The notes below the pieces were generated by a model that was given only the letters and a program-made list of their open reading frames with translations, was not told the origin of the DNA and did not search any database. Source: an uncultured Candidatus Binatia bacterium (GTDB lineage: Bacteria; Desulfobacterota; Binatia; UBA9968; JAJDTQ01). From it: a stretch of 64,000 nucleotides of DNA. The position numbers and the translations under genes are program-made. Shown here one piece after another: positions 57,301-64,000 of the stretch (its first letter is position 1; each line of letters starts with the position of its first letter). Location of the stretch: contig OZ253480.1 in NCBI GenBank assembly GCA_965261895.1, forward strand, positions 3,947,665 through 4,011,664, given 5' to 3'.

Positions 57301-59642
57301 CGGTGACGTTCGGGGCGGGGAGCGCCGAGGCGACTTTCAGCGTGGCAACGGAGGACGACAGTGTGGCCGAGGCGGACGGGCGGGTGACGGTGACGGTCTC
57401 CGCGGGGTCGGGCTACACCGTGGATGCCGATGCGGCCTCGGCCGGGGTCGACGTGTATGACAACGACGGGGCGGCAACGACGCCGACAACGGCGGCGGAG
57501 ACGCTGTGGACCTCGACCCTGACGCCGGAGAGCATCGGCGGCGCCCTTTTCGGCTATTTGGGCTCCGGCAACGCTCTGTCTCCCAACGGATGGTCGGAGG
57601 ACGGGACGTCGTTCCAGGTCGATCAGTTGTACTACTTCCCGGAGTACGCGGAACTGGTGTTCAAGGTCTCGGCTGCGCCTCCCGAGTTGGGACAGTTGAC
57701 GCTTCATCTGGACAATGTGCAGGTGCAACTGAGGGGCGTGTCGAGCCAGCGATACTTCTACTGGACGGTGGCGGACCTCGGCTGGCAGGCGGGGCAGGCC
57801 GTGGCGGTGAAGCTGACGCGGACGGACCCGGACGCGGTGGCGGTCGCCGGGCCCGGCCTCTCGGTGGCGGATGCGCAGGTCCGTGAAGCCGATGGGGCGG
57901 TGCTCGCCTTCCGGGTGAGTCTGGATGGAGCGCAGAGCTCTGCGGTCTCGGTGCGTTATGCGACATCGGACGGCACGGCGGCGGCGGGTTCGGATTACCT
58001 CGCCCGTTCCGGGACGCTGCGGTTCGCACCGGGCGAGACCGCGAAGACGGTCTCGGTGGCGGTGCTGAACGACGCGCATGACGAGGGCTCGGAGACGATG
58101 ACGGTCACCCTCTCGCAGCCGTTCGGGGCCGAGCTTTCAGATGGCGCGGCGACGGGGACGATTGCGAACACCGACCCGATCCCGCAGGCGTGGAGTGCCA
58201 GGTTCGGGCGCACGGTGGCGGAACAGGTTCTGGAAGCGGTCGAGAGCCGGATGAGGGCGTCGCGGACGCCGGGGGTCGAGGTCCGTCTTGCCGGCCAGCG
58301 GGTCGGCGGCGGGGCGGCCCAGCACGGGGCCGACTCGGAGGACGATGCCGCGCTGGCGGCGGCCGAGCGAGGCCAGGCTCACTGGCTTTGGCAAGAGAAC
58401 GATCCGGAACGGCAGCGCGGCTTCGGCGCGCGGTCGGTGACGGAGTTCGACCTGCTGACCGGTTCGTCCTTTTCGCTCACGGGCGGGACGCAGGGGAGCG
58501 GTTTCTACGCGCTGTGGGGCCGCGGGGCGGTAACGCGGTTCGACGGGCGGGAGGAAGAGCTTGCCCTCGACGACGAGGTGGCCAGCGGTATGCTGGGCGC
58601 GGACTGGGCGCGGGGCGCCATCACGGCGGGTCTGGTGGTCGCGCATAGCCGTGGCAAGGGCAGCTACCGCGGAGAGGGCGACGGCGGGGTGACCTCGTCG
58701 CTGACCGGGCTCTATCCCTGGGGCCGCTATGTGCTGAGCGAGCGGCTCTCGGTCTGGGGTGTCGCGGGGTACGGCGCGGGCACGTTCACGCTGACGCAGA
58801 AAGGCCCGCAGGGTGAGGCCGGGGCGCCGATCCAAACCGACCTCGACCTGATGATGGCGGCGGCCGGCCTGCGCGGGGTTGTGGTGCAGGCGCCGGCGAC
58901 GGGCGGGTTCGAGCTTGCGGTGAAGACCGACGCGTTGGGCGTGCGTACGAGCACGGCGAAGGCGCGTGGGCTGGAATCCTCGGATGCGGACGTGACGCGC
59001 CTGCGTGTGGGGCTGGAAGGCTCCCGGCCTTCGCCGTTGTCGGGAGGCGGGAAGCTTGTGCCGAGCGTCGAGATCGGGGTTCGGCATGACGGCGGCGATG
59101 CCGAGACGGGCTTCGGCGTCGACATCGGCGGCGGTCTCGCCTGGTCCGACCCGAAACGCGGCCTCTCCGCCGAGTTGCGGGGGCGCGGCCTGCTGAGCCA
59201 CGAGGCGAGGGGATTCGAGGAGCACGGCTTCTCCGGCGCGCTCGGCTTCGATCCGACGCCGGACACCGAGCGTGGTCTCAATCTCACCATGAGCCAGACC
59301 GTAGGCGTGCAGGCGGCGGGCGGCATGGACGCGCTGATGTCGCGCGACACGCTCGCGGGGCTGGCGGCCGACGACCCCGGCGGCGAGCCGGCGCGGCGCC
59401 GCTTAGAGATGCGGCTGGGCTACGGTCTGGCGGCCTTCGGCGACCGTTTCACCGGGACGCCGGAGATCGGCTTCGGCTTCTCGGGCACCCAGCGCGACTA
59501 CAGCCTGGGCTGGCGGCTGACGCCTGCAGACCGTTACCGGGAATCGTTCGAGCTGTCGCTGGAGGCGCGGCGGCACGAGATCGCGAACGACGATGTCGCG
59601 CCAGAGCACACGATCGGGTTCAATCTGACCGCGCGCTTCTAG
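54363..59642 (+). pseudogene. Giant adhesin 2 (~1760 aa), paralogue of adhesin 1: signal peptide + SRCR-like domain interrupted by in-frame TAA (54531-54533), then Ig/cadherin-like and Calx-beta repeats and the shared C-terminal beta-barrel-like domain
   Basis: MSTLSTFDAWHRWLTGLLLVAGLAVLAATPSHA...[47 protein letters not shown] matches the SRCR pattern (RLVGG..CEGRVEVY.NGQWGTVCDD.W...A.VVCRQLGC). The same frame (mod 3 = 0) runs from 54363 to 59642 except for the single TAA. The downstream ORF 54588-59642 encodes Calx-beta (VRYATSDGTAAAGSDYLARSGTLRFAPGETAKT) and a C-terminus ending NLTARF. Confidence 0.55.
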
Positions 59643-59866
59643 AGATGAAGGCTATCGACGTGGGCCAGACCGCGCGCTTACAGTATGCTTACGGTAAGAC
59701 GAAGCGCTTTCACGAGTACCGAGTCCTTTGTCCTATAAAAAGCGTAGATATCAGGTAGTTATGAGTGATCCCCAAGGTCCATACATGGTGGGTGTGGACG
59801 TCGGCGGCACTTTCGTGACGTCGACCTCCAAACGCCCGAAGGAGAAGACAACCGCAGGAGGCAACG

Positions 59867-60811
59867 ATGTGGACGGGAAGAAACCGGCTCGCACTTCTTG
59901 CGGTTTTCGTGTCATTCGCGGTGACGTTGTCCGGTTGCGGCGGTAGCGGTCGGGGCATGTGGGCCACGACCGGTCCGGCGCCCATGCGGCCGACGGACAA
60001 CGGCGCCGCCATGGCGCTGGCCGGGGTGCTGAAGGATTCCAACTCCCCCGCGATAGCTCGATATGGCGCCAGGCTTCCTCCTCGTGGTGCAGTAACGTGC
60101 AAGGCATTGACGATCGGATGCGAGGGAGGGCTCGGGCCGATTCACTACGGATCGGTTCGCAAGTATGATTTTTTCGACTTCGATTACCGCGAACGTCGTC
60201 GCGGAGTATCCTTGGCGGAGAGGACAGGGATCTCAAGTGAGGGAGACGAGATGACCGACCACCGCGCCTTGGCTGGTTGGATCAACCATAGTCTGTTCGT
60301 CATCGAGACGCAGCCGTCTGGAGAAGGTCAACATGGCAAGTTCTACGGCGCTTTTTCGATGGGAAACACGATAGATTCGAATCCCGATGTTTTGGTCGAC
60401 AGCAGCGCAACATGGTCTGGGGTCATGTTCGGTTTGCGGATTTCTGACCCGGATGTGTTCGTCCATGGCGATGCCCTCGTAACGGTTTCCAATCCGGATG
60501 GTGATGCGGATCTCGTGGTCGACGTCGAGTTCACGAATATCAAGGATGAAGACACGGGTGCTGGACTCGACAACGTGTCTTGGAACGGGCTTGAATTGAA
60601 AGACGGATCTTTCGGAGTTGTTCCTGTCGCGGACGATGAGTCGCATCTCAGCCGGCATCCTGCGAGGAGAGGAATCTCCGGCCGGTTCTACGGCTCGAAC
60701 CACGAGGAAGTGGGCGGACTTTTCGGTTTCACGAAGTCCGTGGCGGGAGGCGGCCGGGTGGGTGGAGACGGGTACGGTGTTTCAGGCGTATTTGGAGCTA
60801 GGCGTGACTAG
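59867..60811 (+). CDS. Lipoprotein with a TbpB/fHbp-like C-terminal beta-barrel (surface lipoprotein family)
   Basis: Lipobox VTLSGC. The C-terminal GRFYGSNHEEVGGLFGF motif is characteristic of TbpB/HpuA/fHbp handle-barrel lipoproteins. RBS AGGAGG. Confidence 0.5.
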   Translation: MWTGRNRLALLAVFVSFAVTLSGCGGSGRGMWATTGPAPMRPTDNGAAMALAGVLKDSNSPAIARYGARLPPRGAVTCKALTIGCEGGLGPIHYGSVRKYDFFDFDYRERRRGVSLAERTGISSEGDEMTDHRALAGWINHSLFVIETQPSGEGQHGKFYGAFSMGNTIDSNPDVLVDSSATWSGVMFGLRISDPDVFVHGDALVTVSNPDGDADLVVDVEFTNIKDEDTGAGLDNVSWNGLELKDGSFGVVPVADDESHLSRHPARRGISGRFYGSNHEEVGGLFGFTKSVAGGGRVGGDGYGVSGVFGARRD

Positions 60812-61217
60812 TGAGGTGGTCCCGAGAAATCGGACAGGATGCTAAGGTGTATTCCGTCTAGAAGGGGAGGGATGCGCGATGACGACGAGACGGCGATTCA
60901 GCGTGGAATTCAGTATGGGGACGAGGCGAGTTTCTCAAACTGCAATGCAGATTAAGTCGGCAGTATGGTGATCCATCCCGGGAATCCCGACGAAGTGTAC
61001 CCGCTGGTTGGGCAAGGCGACCGAGGCACGTCTGAGGACTGAGAAACGGACGAGCACGCGCTGATCGACGCAGTTGTTGTGCTCAAACCGCTTACGATTT
61101 GCTTACGGAGCTAGACGGTTACTGAAAGACTGCAAGAAAAAATTTAGAGAAGTCACAAGGTTGAGTGTATCGTGATAGACGAGATCCCATTTGTGTCAAG
61201 CACCAGGCGCGGCCCGG

Positions 61218-61442
61218 TCATTTACGCTGGCGAGCCCATGCCACGGCATCGGCCACATCGGTTTCGGACATGCCGAGCTCGGCCAGCTTGGCCCGCACCG
61301 CATCGGCGCGGTTAACGCGCACGGGCGTCAGCACGATGCGCCCGTTCTCCTTGGTCACATCGAAATACTCCAAGCCTTGGAAGTCGGCGATTACGGCCTT
61401 TGGCAGCGTAAGCTGATTCTTGGACGTCAATTTGGCGAGCAT
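61218..61442 (-). CDS. AbrB/MazE/SpoVT-family DNA-binding protein (orphan antitoxin-like)
   Basis: MLAKLTSKNQLTLPKAVIADFQGLEYFDVTKENGRIVLTPVRVNRADAVRAKL. Divergent from the oxidoreductase gene. Confidence 0.5.
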   Translation of the reverse strand: MLAKLTSKNQLTLPKAVIADFQGLEYFDVTKENGRIVLTPVRVNRADAVRAKLAELGMSETDVADAVAWARQRK

Positions 61443-61631
61443 GCTTATTCCTTGAAACAAGGAAACAAGGAATACATACCGCTTCAATGGCTCAATGACA
61501 ACCCCGTCCCGTGCCCCGGACCCTGTCGCTGTCGCTGCTGGCGTAACAGTTTCTGGATACCGCTCGATGCTCTTGAGCTGGCGTTGCGGGGTCAAGTCGG
61601 GTATCCCCCAACACCATCGGAGGTTCTCTCA

Positions 61632-62645
61632 ATGCGTTTTGGTATCGCGTTCGGCAGCTATGCGTCGACCCAGAATCCGGCGGACGTCTGCCGCGACTAC
61701 ACGGAACGGGCGCGGATCGCCCAGGCCAGCAACTACGAGGCCCTCTTTGTCGCTCATCACTACTCCGCGGGACCCGACGCGGCGATGCTGCAGTCCCTGC
61801 CGCTGCTGTCCTATTTCGCCGGCGTGGCACCGGGCATGTACCTCGGCACCGCGATATTCCTGTTGCCCATGCACGAACCCCTGATGGTGGCGGAGTACAC
61901 CGCCACCATCGACAACCTGTGCGGCGGCAAGTTCCTTTTCGGCATCGGTCAGGGTTATCGCGACATCGAGTTCAACTCCATGAGCGTGCCCAAGCGCGAG
62001 AAGCGGCCGCGGCTGGAGGAGGGCATCGAGGTGGTGAAGCGGCTGTGGACGGAGAACGAGGTGCACCACGAAGGCCGCTTCTACCGCATCGACGGCGTCA
62101 CCATCGAGCCGAAGCCGGTGCAGAAGCCCCGGCCGCCGGTCCTGCTCGGCGCCGATACGGTGGCGACGGTGGCCCGGGTGCCCGAGATCGCCGACCATTG
62201 GATCGCCAGCCGGCGGCATACCAAGACGTTCCTGCGGGAAGCCATGCCGGTGTACAAGCGCGCGCTGGAGGAGCACGACCGGCCCTTCAAGGGCCTCTAC
62301 ATCTTCCGCGACCTCTGCATCGCCGACAGCCGCCAGGAAGCGGAGAGCCGCATCCGCGAGGGCTACGAGCGGCGCTACGAACGCTACAAGCGCTGGGGCC
62401 AGCCGGGCGAGCGTTACGACCTGCCGTTCGAGCAGTTGCAGCAGGACCGTCTCGTCCTCGGCAGCCCGGCGGAGGTGACCGAGCAGGTCCTGTCCTACCA
62501 CGAGGAGTTCGGCGCCGAGATGATGTGGTTCATGGTCGACTGGCCGGGCATGGATCCCCGCTTCACCCTCGAAAGCGTCCAGCGCTTCGGCGAAGAGGTG
62601 ATCCCCGAGTTGAAGCGGCTGACGCCGGAGTGTCCGCTGCCGTAG
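61632..62645 (+). CDS. LLM-class (luciferase-like) flavin-dependent oxidoreductase
   Basis: MRFGIAFGSY...LLPMHEPLMVAEYTATIDNLCGGKFLFGIGQGY, a typical bacterial luciferase-like TIM barrel. Confidence 0.8.
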   Translation: MRFGIAFGSYASTQNPADVCRDYTERARIAQASNYEALFVAHHYSAGPDAAMLQSLPLLSYFAGVAPGMYLGTAIFLLPMHEPLMVAEYTATIDNLCGGKFLFGIGQGYRDIEFNSMSVPKREKRPRLEEGIEVVKRLWTENEVHHEGRFYRIDGVTIEPKPVQKPRPPVLLGADTVATVARVPEIADHWIASRRHTKTFLREAMPVYKRALEEHDRPFKGLYIFRDLCIADSRQEAESRIREGYERRYERYKRWGQPGERYDLPFEQLQQDRLVLGSPAEVTEQVLSYHEEFGAEMMWFMVDWPGMDPRFTLESVQRFGEEVIPELKRLTPECPLP

Positions 62646-63172
62646 GAGCTTGGCCTCTGGCGCTACGACACCGTTCGTCCTGAAGCGGCTGACGCCGGAG
62701 TGTCCGCTGCCGTAGGAGCCTGGCCTCTGGCGCTACGACACCGTTCGTCCTGAAGCGGCTGACGCCGGAGTGTCCGCTGCCGTAGGAGCCTGGCCTCTGG
62801 CGCTACGACACCGTTCGTCCTGAAGCGGCTGACGCCGGAGTGTCCGCTGCCGTAGGAGCTTGGCCTCTGGCGCTACGACACTGTTCGTCCTGAAGCGGCT
62901 GACGCCGGAGTGTCCGTTGCCGTAGGAGCTTGGCCTCTGGCGCTACGACACCGTTCGTCCTGAAGCGGCTGACGCCGGAGTGTCCGCTGCCGTAGGAGCT
63001 TGGCCTCTGGCGCTACGACACTGTTCGTCCTGAAGCGGCTGACGCCGGAGTGTCCGTTGCCGTAGGAGCTTGGCCTCTGGCGCTACGACACTGTTCGTCC
63101 TGAAGCGGCTGACACCGGAGTGTCCGTTGCCGTAGGAGCTTGGCCTCTGGCGCTACGACACCGTTCGTCCTG
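62611..63172 (+). repeat. Tandem array of 8 x 70-bp direct repeats beginning inside the 3' end of the LLM oxidoreductase gene (each unit carries the last ~35 nt of the gene including the TAG stop)
   Basis: The unit tgaagcggctgacgccggagtgtccg(c/t)tgccgtaggagc(t/c)tggcctctggcgctacgacac(c/t)gttcgtcc recurs with start positions 62611, 62681, 62751, 62821, 62891, 62961, 63031 and 63101. A few polymorphic positions distinguish units. Confidence 0.9.
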
Positions 63173-63225
63173 AGCGTAGCGAAGCGAAGTCGAAGGACGC
63201 CATCCACGGCTCCAAGCTTCCCCGG

Positions 63226-63948
63226 CTACAGTTCCGCCACGACATCGGCATATTCCTCCAGCGCGGCGCGGCCCTTCGGGGTCAGGCCGTAGACCCCGCG
63301 GGGCGTGCCGGCGGGCCGTTCGAACCAACCGTAGTGGTCGGTGCGCATGATGACGCCGGCCCTCACCACCCCGACCGCATGGGCGACCATCGCGGCTTTG
63401 GTCGGGCCGTTTCGGTCAAGGTGCGACGCGCAGCGAAGCGCGTCCTGCCGGTAGGCCGTCACAATCTTGCGCCGACTCGAGCCGCCCTGGTTCGGATCCC
63501 CGACCCGGTGCTGGAACTCCCGCAGCAACCGCACGAGCCTTTGCGGGCGCTTGCGCGGCCGGTACGGGGCCGGGTCGAGCAGCGCCTCCACGAACGGCGC
63601 CGGCTTGAGCCGGACAGCCAGGAGCCCCAACCCGAGACGCCGGCAAAGCGTCAGCGCGTCCCGCCGGCGAGTCGTACGGCCGGAGAACGGCGGCACCGCA
63701 AGATACACGTTGTCGGTGAGGCCCTGCCGCGCAATCCCCTGGAACACCAGCGGCAGCGAGAAGCCGGCCTTCAACTCGACGATGACCGGCGGCTCGTCGC
63801 CGCGAACGGCCACCAGGTCGCAGCCGTCCATCTCGCCCTTCACGGCATAGCCCTGCGCTTCCAGGAAAGCCTTGACCGGAGGGTAGAGATCGGTTTCACG
63901 CATGGGATGGAATCTGCCACGGGCGAGCCGGGCGTGAAAGGGAGGCAT
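63226..63948 (-). CDS. Hypothetical protein with a possible PD-(D/E)xK-like motif
   Basis: 240-aa ORF. An internal Met gives MRETDLYPPVKAFLEAQGYAVKGEMDGCDLVAVRGDEPPVIVELKAGF (D...ExK pattern). No confident family assignment. Confidence 0.35.
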   Translation of the reverse strand: MPPFHARLARGRFHPMRETDLYPPVKAFLEAQGYAVKGEMDGCDLVAVRGDEPPVIVELKAGFSLPLVFQGIARQGLTDNVYLAVPPFSGRTTRRRDALTLCRRLGLGLLAVRLKPAPFVEALLDPAPYRPRKRPQRLVRLLREFQHRVGDPNQGGSSRRKIVTAYRQDALRCASHLDRNGPTKAAMVAHAVGVVRAGVIMRTDHYGWFERPAGTPRGVYGLTPKGRAALEEYADVVAEL

Positions 63949-64000
63949 TCAACACCCCATCCAGTTTGCCGGTCAACTCACTTGCAGAGGCAGCCTGGTT

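Noticed and set aside
62611-63172. Possible CRISPR array
   Set aside because: The 70-bp units are contiguous direct repeats with no intervening unique spacers. The unit is also a copy of the adjacent gene's 3' end. It is a minisatellite, not a CRISPR.

Overview
This is a GC-rich (~65-68%) bacterial chromosomal segment, proteobacterial in style. The left half is a ~29 kb defence and toxin-antitoxin island. It is bounded by a TRAP-type permease gene (1-1429) and an intact SDR/epimerase gene (30650-32047). Two truncated copies of that epimerase 5' end (14645-14770 and 15672-15796) partition it into blocks. Block 1 carries VapBC, a RES/Xre pair, a HEPN/nucleotidyltransferase pair, a DUF4145-like HEPN gene, a type I RM in the unusual order hsdR-hsdS-[AlbA_2 regulator with an in-frame TAA]-hsdM, an uncharacterised 2TM coiled-coil protein, and a decayed BrnA-like antitoxin. 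Block 2 is a DUF433/DUF5615 pair. Block 3 is the most interesting candidate. It holds a GFA protein, a second diverged RES/Xre pair, and an RtcR-like sigma54 enhancer-binding protein with a non-receiver, possibly CARF-like N-terminus. A textbook sigma54 -24/-12 promoter (TGGCAC-N5-TTGC, 19272-19287) follows the regulator. It drives a tightly coupled operon: hsdR-like, hsdM, hsdS, a 1308-aa fusion protein, a second ATPase of 529 aa, then a zinc-ribbon plus TIGR02391/Ymh HEPN protein. The fusion joins an HsdM-like methyltransferase whose motif IV is AVPPW (Val, not Asn/Asp/Ser) to an S-type TRD and an ORC/Arch-type ATPase. I interpret this as a previously undescribed sigma54-controlled, RM-coupled ATPase/HEPN defence module, conceptually analogous to RM-linked PrrC/RloC. 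The right half is chromosomal. It has HicBA, PIN, HigBA, HU, and two giant paralogous surface adhesins (2734 aa; ~1760 aa with an in-frame TAA inside an SRCR-like N-terminal domain). It also has a cytochrome P450, two tandemly duplicated Cys-rich secreted proteins, a TolC/PAS-MFP/MacB-type ABC exporter, a LuxR-family regulator, a TbpB-like lipoprotein and a luciferase-like oxidoreductase. The oxidoreductase stop codon sits inside an 8 x 70-bp tandem array. Five copies of a ~100-bp element with a TCCCCAATATTGGGGA palindrome precede the adhesins, the secreted proteins and the LuxR gene, suggesting one regulon. No rRNA, tRNA, CRISPR array, transposase or integrase was recognised.
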